Virus record (IMG/VR): IMGVR_UViG_3300035135_002740
Location: 1 to 41,324 of that record
Direction: 5' to 3' (one strand)
DNA: 41,324 bases
From: a virus
Taxonomy: Duplodnaviria > Caudoviricetes
Position numbers and translations under genes: made by a program. The notes under the pieces were generated by a model that made no database searches, had not been told where the DNA came from, and saw nothing but the letters and a program-made list of their open reading frames with translations. Below, one piece after another: positions 1 to 8,273 of this stretch; position 1 is the first letter of the stretch; each line of letters begins with the position of its first letter.

Positions 1-193
1 CAAGTTCGATGGGGGAGTCAGCGATAGTGGTGAGGGTCGTTGGACGGTTCACGCTGCTGTGGATCTTGGGGTACCCGCTCCTGTTATCAGTAGTGCTTTG
101 TATGAACGTTTTAATTCACGCCGTCTTGGTGCTTTCGCGGCCAAGGTTCTAAATGGTATGAGAGCAATGTTTGGAGGACATGATGTTAGGTGA
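1..193 (+). CDS. gnd: 6-phosphogluconate dehydrogenase, 3' end (partial)
   Basis: Frame 2 reads KFDGGVSDSGEGRWTVHAAVDLGVPAPVISSALYERFNSRR...GMRAMFGGH, with the DSGEGRWT and FGGH motifs of short 6PGDH. TGA at 191-193, upstream of zwf. Confidence 0.93.
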   Translation, partial: KFDGGVSDSGEGRWTVHAAVDLGVPAPVISSALYERFNSRRLGAFAAKVLNGMRAMFGGHDVR

Positions 194-311
194 AGCACTC
201 AGATGGATTTCAATACCGTTTGTACTGGCCACGGTATATTTCGGGTTACGAACAGGTGAAAATAACTACTACGAAACGGATAAGTACGATGGAAACGGTA
301 CCGCTCACTAA
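183..311 (+). CDS. ndhP: NdhP-like small subunit of NDH-1L (42 aa, missing from the ORF track)
   Basis: MLGEALRWISIPFVLATVYFGLRTGENNYYETDKYDGNGTAH: one TM helix, then a C-terminus matching the cyanobacterial NdhP pattern (F/Y)Y(D/E)TDxYxGNG(S/T)AH. Overlaps the gnd stop and the zwf start. Confidence 0.8.
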   Translation: MLGEALRWISIPFVLATVYFGLRTGENNYYETDKYDGNGTAH

Positions 312-1629
312 AGGCATAGTAATCTTCGGAGCAACTGGAGATCTATGTAAGAAAAAATTAATTCCTGCACTTTATAAACTTTGGCAGAAAGAACTTCTTT
401 CTGATAATTTTTTGATAGTTGGATCTGCTAGGAGACAACCAACTCCAGAAGACTGGAAGAAGTCATTAGGAGAATATCCTGATGACTTTTTGAATCAAGT
501 AGATTATATGTCTGCAGATTTGTCTATGCCTGAAACGCTTAGACATCTTCCAGATTATATTGACGATATGACTTACTTCTTATCTGTACCGCCAGAACGC
601 TATGAGAATGCTATCATCAATCTCAAAGAAGCAGGATGTCTCGACGACCCAGACCGCTCCCGTGTGGTTATTGAAAAACCCTTTGGGCACGATTATAAAT
701 CTGCTAATCATTTACAGTCTGTGGTTGAGCGACATTTACGCGAGAAACAAGTATATCGTATTGACCATTATCTTGGTAAAGATACTGTCAATAATATTCT
801 TGCTACAAGGTTTAGCAATATTCTTCTTGAACCACTTTGGAACAGGCAATACATAGAAGAGATTCAGATCTTTGCATCCGAGACAATCGGATGTGAGGGT
901 AGATCACAATATTACGAAACTGCTGGAGCAGTAAGAGATATGCTTCAGAATCACATTCTGCAAGTGTACTCTCTTATTGCTATGGAACCACCTTGCAAAA
1001 TGGATGCTAGGGAAGTTCGTCGTGAGAAAACTAAAGTTCTTGCTGCTACTCGTTTAAAGGAGGATACTATCCTTGGACAATACGACACGTACAAATCTGA
1101 AGAGGGTGTTCATCCTAACAGTAACACTCCTACCTTCGCTGCTGGTACTTTATACTGTGATAACTGGCGTTGGGAGGGAGTTCCTTTTCGCTTTATGACT
1201 GGTAAAAATTTAACTTATGGATGTGTGGAAGTTGTAATCAAACTCAAAACACCACCGCTAAAACTCTATGAAGGGGAAGTCAACGATCGTATTGTTATGC
1301 GTCTTCAGCCCGATCCTCATCTTGATATTCGGATGGACATTAAATCTCCTGGGCTTAATGATGATCTTGAACTCGCTACGCTCACCCACTCATATCCACA
1401 AGACAGAGCAATCGATGGATACGAAAAACTCTTGTATGATGCAATCAATGGAGACCAATCACACTTTGTGCATTCGGAAGAAGTAATGGAGTCTTGGAGG
1501 ATTGTGGATGATCTTTTGTGTACTGGTGATAGTTGCCCAATTCGCACTGTCCCTTATGTGTACCGTCCAGGTCAATGGGGACCTATACACAAAACAGATA
1601 AAATAACTAATTGGGATTATCCATCATGA
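289..1629 (+). CDS. zwf: Glucose-6-phosphate 1-dehydrogenase
   Basis: GATGDL, EKPFG, RIDHYLGK and RDMLQNH motifs. ATG at 289 preferred to GTG at 190, which would overlap the ndhP-like ORF. Confidence 0.96.
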   Translation: METVPLTKGIVIFGATGDLCKKKLIPALYKLWQKELLSDNFLIVGSARRQPTPEDWKKSLGEYPDDFLNQVDYMSADLSMPETLRHLPDYIDDMTYFLSVPPERYENAIINLKEAGCLDDPDRSRVVIEKPFGHDYKSANHLQSVVERHLREKQVYRIDHYLGKDTVNNILATRFSNILLEPLWNRQYIEEIQIFASETIGCEGRSQYYETAGAVRDMLQNHILQVYSLIAMEPPCKMDAREVRREKTKVLAATRLKEDTILGQYDTYKSEEGVHPNSNTPTFAAGTLYCDNWRWEGVPFRFMTGKNLTYGCVEVVIKLKTPPLKLYEGEVNDRIVMRLQPDPHLDIRMDIKSPGLNDDLELATLTHSYPQDRAIDGYEKLLYDAINGDQSHFVHSEEVMESWRIVDDLLCTGDSCPIRTVPYVYRPGQWGPIHKTDKITNWDYPS

Positions 1630-1709
1630 CTGCATTGTTTGTATTTGCTTTCATTTCATTGCTTGTCGGTGGAATGCAACTAACATGGCCAGGTAGATAC
1701 CGAGGTTAA
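1626..1709 (+). CDS. Small hydrophobic hypothetical protein (27 aa)
   Basis: ATGA overlap with the zwf stop; MTALFVFAFISLLVGGMQLTWPGRYRG; ends just before the next ATG at 1711. Confidence 0.5.
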   Translation: MTALFVFAFISLLVGGMQLTWPGRYRG

Positions 1710-1710
1710 A

Positions 1711-1956
1711 ATGAAAAAAGAAACCGAGGAAGAAAGAAAAAAACGAATAGAAAAAATAGCAAAGCAGATTCATCCACATAATGATGAACCCGATCCTACT
1801 GCATATATGGGGAACTATAACTTCCCACAAATGCTTTTTGCTTTTTGCCTTGGAGTTGGAACTATGTTTGTTGCAGCTGTTAATGAGATAGACAAATTCA
1901 AAGGTTGTCCTTTACCTGAGTATTTTAGAGATGCACCACGTTCAACTGTTCGTTAG
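1711..1956 (+). CDS. Hypothetical membrane protein
   Basis: 81-aa ORF, GAGG upstream, one hydrophobic stretch. Confidence 0.65.
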   Translation: MKKETEEERKKRIEKIAKQIHPHNDEPDPTAYMGNYNFPQMLFAFCLGVGTMFVAAVNEIDKFKGCPLPEYFRDAPRSTVR

Positions 1957-2089
1957 ATCTACAATGCAAACCCAATGGTGTTTGGGTCTCATGGGGTTCT
2001 GTTTAGTCTTTGTCCCTATTCTAGGGATGTGGGCGGTTCATCATTATGGTTGGGAACACTGGGAACCATTCGACAGGAAGCATGACTGA
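1931..2089 (+). CDS. Small membrane protein (52 aa)
   Basis: MHHVQLFVRSTMQTQWCLGLMGFCLVFVPILGMWAVHHYGWEHWEPFDRKHD; TM segment plus a Trp/His-rich tail; overlaps both neighbours. Confidence 0.55.
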   Translation: MHHVQLFVRSTMQTQWCLGLMGFCLVFVPILGMWAVHHYGWEHWEPFDRKHD

Positions 2090-2201
2090 AGACGAGAAGA
2101 GAGAGTTCTATAAAGGATTAAGAGAAAGAATCAAACAACTACGTATGGAGTGGATGTTTGAAGAACCCTCTACTTATGAGGACGAGGAGGAAGATGCTTG
2201 A
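2082..2201 (+). CDS. Small acidic hypothetical protein (39 aa)
   Basis: MTEDEKREFYKGLRERIKQLRMEWMFEEPSTYEDEEEDA; overlaps the previous stop. Confidence 0.5.
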   Translation: MTEDEKREFYKGLRERIKQLRMEWMFEEPSTYEDEEEDA

Positions 2202-2226
2202 CGAGCAATGCAAATAGTGTTATATT
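2198..2226 (+). promoter_or_regulatory. Sigma70-type (early) promoter for the ncRNA/tRNA unit
   Basis: TTGACG-N17-TATATT. Confidence 0.7.
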
Positions 2227-2231
2227 ATAAG

Positions 2232-2300
2232 GGTTGAGAGATCAACTGCGGCAGTTCCCTTTGGTAGGTTCAGAACTGGCGGCGATAGGAACCTACTCCA
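2232..2300 (+). ncRNA. Putative structured RNA (GNRA hairpin plus H-type pseudoknot) in the tRNA leader
   Basis: GTTGA-GAGA-TCAAC hairpin; CAGTTC(2252-57)/GAACTG(2273-78) interleaved with GTAGGTTC(2264-71)/GAACCTAC(2289-96); GC-rich against an AT-rich background; ends in CCA at 2300. Confidence 0.55.
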
Positions 2301-2374
2301 CGGGACGTAGCTCAGTTTGGTAGAGCACTGCTTTTGGGAAGCAGGGGTCGTAGGTTCGAATCCTATCGTCCCGA
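2301..2374 (+). tRNA. tRNA-Pro (UGG)
   Basis: Acceptor CGGGACG/CGTCCCG, D-arm GCTC/GAGC, anticodon stem CTGCT/AGCAG with TGG at 2335-2337, T-loop TTCGAAT. CCA not encoded. Confidence 0.96.
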
Positions 2375-2408
2375 TTGGTTATATATAATTTACTTGTAAT
2401 TTAATTAT

Positions 2409-2984
2409 ATGAGTAAAGTAGAATTGAGTAAAGAATATCGTGTTGCTAGAGACACGGTATCTGATATTAATGAACATCTTGAAATCTTAAAATCACTCGC
2501 TGATGAAGTAAATCATGTAACAGAGATGGGAACAAGGACGGGTAGTAGTACTCGTGCTTTTCTTGTTTCTGATGTAAAATTACGTGCATATGATTTGTTT
2601 TTGGATGAACGTGTCGTAGAGTTATTTCATCTTGCTAAACAACTTGGTAAAGATGTTAATTATATTCAGGCTGACGTTCTCTCTATTGATATTGAACCAA
2701 CAGATCTTTTATTCATTGATACCTGGCATGCATATGATCAACTCATTGAAGAGTTGAGATTACATGCACCAAAAGTTAAGAAGTATATTGCTTTTCACGA
2801 TACTCAAACTTTTGGGACAAGGGCAGAAACTTTTATGGGTCATACTGGTAGTAATGGACTGCTACCTGCTATAATTCACTACATGATCGAAAGCGGTGAC
2901 CAATGGAAATTTAAAATTCACAGAACAAACAATAACGGGTTGACCGTCCTAGAACGCAGAAAACCCCTTGACTCTCTCGTCTAA
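2409..2984 (+). CDS. Class I SAM-dependent methyltransferase (Methyltransf_24-like)
   Basis: VTEMGTRTGSS motif I, DLLFIDTWH and IAFHDT motifs. Confidence 0.75.
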   Translation: MSKVELSKEYRVARDTVSDINEHLEILKSLADEVNHVTEMGTRTGSSTRAFLVSDVKLRAYDLFLDERVVELFHLAKQLGKDVNYIQADVLSIDIEPTDLLFIDTWHAYDQLIEELRLHAPKVKKYIAFHDTQTFGTRAETFMGHTGSNGLLPAIIHYMIESGDQWKFKIHRTNNNGLTVLERRKPLDSLV

Positions 2985-2996
2985 TTCCACTATAAT
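2968..2996 (+). promoter_or_regulatory. Sigma70-type (early) promoter
   Basis: TTGACT-N17-TATAAT upstream of ORF 3020. Confidence 0.8.
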
Positions 2997-3019
2997 AAAA
3001 GGGCAAACAACACACGACA

Positions 3020-3235
3020 ATGGCACTCACTGAAAAATTCAAGAAAGACATCAGCACTCTTCGTGCTGCTGCAAACGGCGAAATTTTCCTTGATGTAAAG
3101 AATCCGAAACTTTTCAAAAAGGTACGCCGCTTCTACGAAAACAACGGTGTTGTTTTTTCTGGAGAACCTCTTGATGATTATGAAATGTTGATGGAATACG
3201 TGTTCCAAGATCTTGAAACTGCTGAGGTTGTTTGA
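3020..3235 (+). CDS. Cyanophage hypothetical protein
   Basis: 71-aa ORF directly after a strong promoter, coupled to the next ORF. Confidence 0.75.
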   Translation: MALTEKFKKDISTLRAAANGEIFLDVKNPKLFKKVRRFYENNGVVFSGEPLDDYEMLMEYVFQDLETAEVV

Positions 3236-3489
3236 TGCAAGTTGTGAAAAAACCTACCGTTCTTCTTGAGCGGTTTCCTTATCGTTATGTTCAAGTCGGC
3301 AAATTGGAAATCAATGGTATGCCTGATTGCCGCATTCAAAAAGTAGATTCATACACTGGTCGATATCGCGATATGTATCTTTGTGATAATGAAATGCAGT
3401 TGATGACTGCTATGGAAGATCACGATTATACTTGCTGGTTAGATCCTGATGGTGTTCCTGCTTATGTAAAAGACTCGGTAAGTCGCTAA
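3235..3489 (+). CDS. Cyanophage hypothetical protein
   Basis: TGATG overlap; MQVVKKPTVLLERFPYRYVQVG... Confidence 0.75.
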   Translation: MQVVKKPTVLLERFPYRYVQVGKLEINGMPDCRIQKVDSYTGRYRDMYLCDNEMQLMTAMEDHDYTCWLDPDGVPAYVKDSVSR

Positions 3490-3680
3490 ACTAGTCCTGG
3501 TGGAGTCATCCCCTATATGCCCGTGACGGAGACACGTAAAAATCTGCCCTGGTCGGTGAAGGATCCCCTTCAATCCCGAGAGTTTCCAATTTCTCTTTTA
3601 AAGAATTGGTGGTGCGGATGGGGTTTTATACTCCCGCCCTGTTTCTTGCTTCAGGTTAAAGAGCAAGTGGCGTGCATGTA
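3470..3680 (+). ncRNA. manA/wcaG-type cyanophage structured RNA (tandem pseudoknot modules)
   Basis: GC-rich intergenic region. Two clear H-type pseudoknots (3578-3609, 3638-3667), each followed by TGGYG and linked by hairpins; two further CCTGGT modules upstream. Lies upstream of sugar-nucleotide genes, as reported for manA/wcaG RNAs. Exact Rfam family not verified. Confidence 0.72.
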
Positions 3681-3690
3681 AGACCTCTGT

Positions 3691-3719
3691 AAGATGGGTT
3701 TAATAACCCATCTTTTTTT
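3691..3719 (+). terminator. Rho-independent terminator
   Basis: AAGATGGGTT-taat-AACCCATCTT followed by a T-run. Confidence 0.85.
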
Positions 3720-3750
3720 GTTATAATTATAGTAGGATATAAATTAAAAA

Positions 3751-5340
3751 ATGACTCTAGATGATAAACTATTGAGCATATATGGTTCTCATGATGCTTC
3801 TGCTACCTTTGTTGATAAGGATGATAATCTTAGAATTTTAGAGTTGGAAAGATTCTGTAATACCAGATATGCAATGTATAGCAGTCGTTTTGATTACATG
3901 TCTATCGGAACAAATCCTTCTCTTAGATGCAAATATTTAAAGTATATAAAATCTCAAATTAAAAATACTCCAGAATTAATTGTTTATTCATCTGTATTGA
4001 CGGATGATGATATACAACTCATTAAAGAATATTTTCCAAGTTCTAAATTAGAGAGTTTTGATGCTCATCACATGTCTCATTCATGTGGTTCATATTTTCA
4101 ATCTCCATTTAGAGATGCATTGATATTTACTATTGATGGTGGTGGAAGTGATTTTGGTATGCACACAACAACCAAAGTATATACTGGAGTTGATAATGAA
4201 ATTTCTGAAATACATAAGTCTGATGTAGATTTTGGAAATGCATATTCACTTATTGGTAAACCCATAAGTGAAATTAGTCCTGCAAATGATGGATCTGACT
4301 TAGGTGTGTTTTTAACATATGCTGGAAAGGTTATGGGTTTATGTGCATATGGAAAGGTTGTAGAAGAATGGATCGCTCCAATGGAAAGATTTTATCTTCA
4401 TAGAAATCTATCACAACTTGAAAATGAAATTAGAATAAAGTTATCTGTAAATGCTCTAAGTGGTGAAAATAGTTATAATTTAGCCGCAACTTCTCAATAT
4501 GTTTTTGAGAATATGTTAATGGATTTTATTTTAAAATTTTTCAATGAGAGGAAAACAAATATTGTTCTAACTGGTGGATGTGCTTTAAATGTATTGTTTA
4601 ACCAGAAGTTGAGAAAACTTTTAAACTCTGAAGGATATGAACTATATGTTCCTCCCAATCCTAATGATTGTGGACAATCTATAGGACAGTATCTAACAAA
4701 AACTAAAACTCATATTGATCCTTTGGTTTATAGTGGATTTGATATTTTAGACCGTGAGCATCTTAACTATTATTTGGAAAGGGGAAATTATAATAGTAAA
4801 GAATATGTTATTGAAGACATATTTAATTTAATAAGTGACGGAAAAATTGGTGGTATTATTCAAGGTTATTCTGAAGTTGGACCAAGAGCTTTAGGTAATA
4901 GGAGCATTATTTGTGATCCTTCATTTAAAGATATGAAAGATGTTCTAAATGCAAAGGTAAAATTTAGAGAATGGTTTAGACCTTTCGCTCCAGTTTGTAG
5001 AGAAGAGGATATGCATGATTACTTTGATGATGCTTTTCCATCAGAATATATGAGTTATGCTCCTTTTGTAAAAGAAGAATATCGAGATAAACTACCATCA
5101 ATTACTCATAATGATGGAACAGCCAGACTACAGACGGTCAATTCAACACAACATAAACTTTTCTATGAACTACTTTCTTTTATGAAAGAAAAAAATAGAA
5201 TACCAGTAATTTTGAATACATCATTTAATATTAAGGGCAGACCAATTCTTACAACTGTTATGGATGCATTACATGTACTTGATAATACTGAATTGGATTT
5301 TGTTGTAATTGAAAATCTACTAGTAACTAAAGATAAATGA
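3751..5340 (+). CDS. O-carbamoyltransferase (NodU/CmcH/TobZ family)
   Basis: SHDAS, HHMSH, IDGGG, GKVMGL, GGCALN, EVGPRALGNRS, KFREWFRPFAP, DGTARLQTV and LNTSFN motifs. Confidence 0.92.
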   Translation: MTLDDKLLSIYGSHDASATFVDKDDNLRILELERFCNTRYAMYSSRFDYMSIGTNPSLRCKYLKYIKSQIKNTPELIVYSSVLTDDDIQLIKEYFPSSKLESFDAHHMSHSCGSYFQSPFRDALIFTIDGGGSDFGMHTTTKVYTGVDNEISEIHKSDVDFGNAYSLIGKPISEISPANDGSDLGVFLTYAGKVMGLCAYGKVVEEWIAPMERFYLHRNLSQLENEIRIKLSVNALSGENSYNLAATSQYVFENMLMDFILKFFNERKTNIVLTGGCALNVLFNQKLRKLLNSEGYELYVPPNPNDCGQSIGQYLTKTKTHIDPLVYSGFDILDREHLNYYLERGNYNSKEYVIEDIFNLISDGKIGGIIQGYSEVGPRALGNRSIICDPSFKDMKDVLNAKVKFREWFRPFAPVCREEDMHDYFDDAFPSEYMSYAPFVKEEYRDKLPSITHNDGTARLQTVNSTQHKLFYELLSFMKEKNRIPVILNTSFNIKGRPILTTVMDALHVLDNTELDFVVIENLLVTKDK

Positions 5341-6041
5341 AACCATTAGTAATTTTTTCCAGTGATAATAATCCAGATTATTATCAATTTGAACCAATTG
5401 TAACTGAGTTTTGGAACAAGTGTGGGTTTGATACTTTTTATGGATTTGTTGGTAGCGAAGAATTTCCTCTTATTCCAAATGTTTCTTCTCCACTTCAGTC
5501 TCAAATACTGAGAATGTATGCTACTAAATTATTTCCAGACCGAGTAATTTTATTAACAGACATAGATATTCTGCCTCTAGATAAAGAATATTTTTTATCT
5601 AGATTGGCTAAAGAATATAATGAAATTTCAATATATTCATCTGATGCATATGTTAATGATAATTTTCCTATAGTTGGAACCAGATATCCAATGTGTTATT
5701 TTTCTTCCTATGGTAAAACTTTTTCATCTATCGCTTTGGATAATGAGAATGAAACTTGGGAAGAGTTTGTTCTGAGACTAAACTCTTTGAATTATGGTTG
5801 GAGTACTGATGAACTGTATATTTCGGAAAGAATTAATCTATCATCAGTTAAAAAAATATATCATGATAGAGGATTTAATAATCCTCTTCGTCCAGGATAT
5901 GATAAACCTGGTCAGATAATTGGAAGACTAGATAAACATTATTGGGTAGTAGAAGACATCGAATATGTTGATGCTCATTGTCCAAGACCATACTCATCTT
6001 ACAAAGATAGTATAGATTCTCTTAAATCCTTTATTAATTAA
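5337..6041 (+). CDS. Putative GT-A glycosyltransferase-like protein
   Basis: LLTDID DxD motif, WSTDE; coupled within the glycan island. Confidence 0.5.
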   Translation: MKPLVIFSSDNNPDYYQFEPIVTEFWNKCGFDTFYGFVGSEEFPLIPNVSSPLQSQILRMYATKLFPDRVILLTDIDILPLDKEYFLSRLAKEYNEISIYSSDAYVNDNFPIVGTRYPMCYFSSYGKTFSSIALDNENETWEEFVLRLNSLNYGWSTDELYISERINLSSVKKIYHDRGFNNPLRPGYDKPGQIIGRLDKHYWVVEDIEYVDAHCPRPYSSYKDSIDSLKSFIN

Positions 6042-6044
6042 ATC

Positions 6045-6866
6045 ATGAATTTACATTTAACTTATTTTGGCGACAATAACTTCACTTTAGGAAAAAACCG
6101 AATTCGTAAACAAGCAGAAAATTTTGGTGTATTTAAATCTATTCAAGAGTTTGGTGAAGATGATTTGACTGGAGACTTCTGGGAAAATCATGCTAGTAAA
6201 ATGATGCAACCTAGAGAAGGAATGCCTAATCGTCGTTATGGATATTATGCATGTAAACCATATTTCATTGGTAAAGCTCTGAGAAATATTCCAGAGGGAG
6301 ATGTTCTTCTTTATGTTGACTCTGGATGTGAACTCAACAAAAATGGAATTAATATGCTCCAGCAGTATTGTGACGAAGCATCTGAAAATAATGCAGTATT
6401 CTTTTCACTCGATCTTCCAGAGATTCAGTGGACTAAAATGGATACCTATAGAAAGATTGTTGGACCAGATGATACTCATATGGTGAGTAGACAGATTATT
6501 TCTGGTATTTTTCTTATGAAACATAATCCACTTATGATTGAGATTGTTGATAAGTGGAAAGAGCTTTGTATTAAAGATGGTGGGCGGTACTTAGATGATA
6601 GTCCTTCAGAACTTCCAAATCATGAAATTTTTAGAGAGAATAGACATGACCAGTCTATTCTTTCATTAATGATGAAAGTTTATTCCCAGTATGACGATTT
6701 TGTTTTTCATGAAGATCATACTTATGAATCAGTTTGGGATGCTGCGGGTGTTAGTGGTATTCCTGTTGGTCAACAACAAGCAAAAATCTGGAATACATAT
6801 GGTAGAGAATATCCTATTTGGGCAACAAGAAATGGTCAAATAGACTTTACTAATTGTGAGGTTTAA
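6045..6866 (+). CDS. Putative GT-A glycosyltransferase-like protein
   Basis: GYYACKP, LLYVDSGC and RHDQSILS motifs; glycan island context. Confidence 0.55.
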   Translation: MNLHLTYFGDNNFTLGKNRIRKQAENFGVFKSIQEFGEDDLTGDFWENHASKMMQPREGMPNRRYGYYACKPYFIGKALRNIPEGDVLLYVDSGCELNKNGINMLQQYCDEASENNAVFFSLDLPEIQWTKMDTYRKIVGPDDTHMVSRQIISGIFLMKHNPLMIEIVDKWKELCIKDGGRYLDDSPSELPNHEIFRENRHDQSILSLMMKVYSQYDDFVFHEDHTYESVWDAAGVSGIPVGQQQAKIWNTYGREYPIWATRNGQIDFTNCEV

Positions 6867-7208
6867 ATGGAAAGAGTAGAAAGACCTTGGGGATGGTATG
6901 AAACCATTGATGAGGGAGATAGATTTAAAATTAAAAATATCGAAGTCAATCCAGGGCAAAGTATATCTTTACAATTTCATTACCATAGATCTGAGCATTG
7001 GGTAGTTGTTGGTGGAACTGCAAAAGTAAGAGTTGGTGATGAAGAAAAATTATTGGGGCAAAATGAAAGCATTTATGTTCCTCAAACAGAAATACATCGC
7101 CTTTCAAATCCAGGATTAGTTCCTTTGAGGATAGTAGAAGTTCAATGTGGTTCTTATCTTGAAGAGGATGATATTGTACGGATTGATGATAACTACGGAA
7201 GATCTTGA
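6867..7208 (+). CDS. Mannose-6-phosphate isomerase, type II C-terminal cupin domain (standalone)
   Basis: RPWGWY, SLQFHYHRSEHWVVV, HRLSNPG and EVQCGSYLEEDDIVR match the ManC/AlgA PMI domain. Confidence 0.9.
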   Translation: MERVERPWGWYETIDEGDRFKIKNIEVNPGQSISLQFHYHRSEHWVVVGGTAKVRVGDEEKLLGQNESIYVPQTEIHRLSNPGLVPLRIVEVQCGSYLEEDDIVRIDDNYGRS

Positions 7209-7233
7209 CTTCTGTTTCTTTTTGATTTAAAAT
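7205..7233 (+). promoter_or_regulatory. Sigma70-type promoter for the gmd operon
   Basis: TTGACT-N17-TAAAAT. Confidence 0.65.
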
Positions 7234-7265
7234 AAAGTATACATTGAATTAAAATGATTTCTAAC

Positions 7266-8273
7266 ATGAAGGTTGCCCTAATTACGGGCATTACAGGGCA
7301 AGACGGATCATACCTTACAGAATTTCTTCTTGAAAAGGGATATGAAGTTCATGGTATCGTTCGTCGGTCATCTCTAATTAATACTGATAGGATTGATCAT
7401 CTTTACGGTAAAGATAATGTCCATTTACATTACGGTGATCTCACCGATTCCACAAATATTGTACGAGTTATACAGTCAGTAAAACCAGATGAAATTTACA
7501 ATCTTGGTGCTCAGAGTCATGTCAAAGTATCCTTTGAAATCCCTGAGTACACTGGTCAAGTCGATGCTTTGGGAACTCTTCGTGTTCTGGAAGCGGTTCG
7601 TCTCCTTGGTATGGAGAAAACGGTAAAAATTTATCAAGCATCTACTTCAGAACTTTATGGTCTAGTCCAAGAAGTTCCTCAAAGAGAAACTACCCCGTTC
7701 TATCCGCGATCACCTTATGGTGTGGCTAAACTTTATGGATATTGGATTGTAAAAAATTATCGTGAGTCTTATGGATTACATGCAAGTTCTGGAATTCTTT
7801 TCAATCATGAAAGTCCCCGACGAGGTGAGACGTTTGTTACCCGTAAAATTACCAGAGGACTGTCCCGTATTTCAACTGGGCAGCAGGACGTATTATCTCT
7901 CGGAAACCTTGATGCACGAAGGGATTGGGGACATGCAAAAGACTACGTTGAAGCAATGTGGTTGATGCTTCAGCAAGATCAACCAGATGATTATGTGATT
8001 GCTACTGGTAAACAGTATTCCGTTCGTGATTTTGTAAATGAGGCAGCACCTTATTTTGGATTTAATATTGAGTGGGTTGGTGAAGGTTTGACTGAGGTTG
8101 GATACGACAAAAATACTGAGAAACCTATAGTAAAAGTAGATTCAAAATATTTCCGTCCAGCTGAAGTATCAACTTTGTTAGGTGATGCTTCTAAGGCAAG
8201 GGAAAAATTGGGTTGGACACCAAAAATTTCATTTAATGAATTAGTACAGGAGATGTGTATCTATGGACAGTAA
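7266..8273 (+). CDS. gmd: GDP-mannose 4,6-dehydratase
   Basis: [53 protein letters not shown]. Alternative start at 7254. Confidence 0.96.
   Translation: MKVALITGITGQDGSYLTEFLLEKGYEVHGIVRRSSLINTDRIDHLYGKDNVHLHYGDLTDSTNIVRVIQSVKPDEIYNLGAQSHVKVSFEIPEYTGQVDALGTLRVLEAVRLLGMEKTVKIYQASTSELYGLVQEVPQRETTPFYPRSPYGVAKLYGYWIVKNYRESYGLHASSGILFNHESPRRGETFVTRKITRGLSRISTGQQDVLSLGNLDARRDWGHAKDYVEAMWLMLQQDQPDDYVIATGKQYSVRDFVNEAAPYFGFNIEWVGEGLTEVGYDKNTEKPIVKVDSKYFRPAEVSTLLGDASKAREKLGWTPKISFNELVQEMCIYGQ

Noticed and set aside
190-288. 33-aa N-terminal extension of zwf from GTG 190
   Set aside because: No G6PDH similarity, and it overlaps the better-supported NdhP-like ORF in another frame.
2232-2300. HDV-like (theta) ribozyme or second tRNA
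   Set aside because: Could not fit the nested double pseudoknot or a cloverleaf. Theta ribozymes lie 3' of tRNAs, while this element is 5'.
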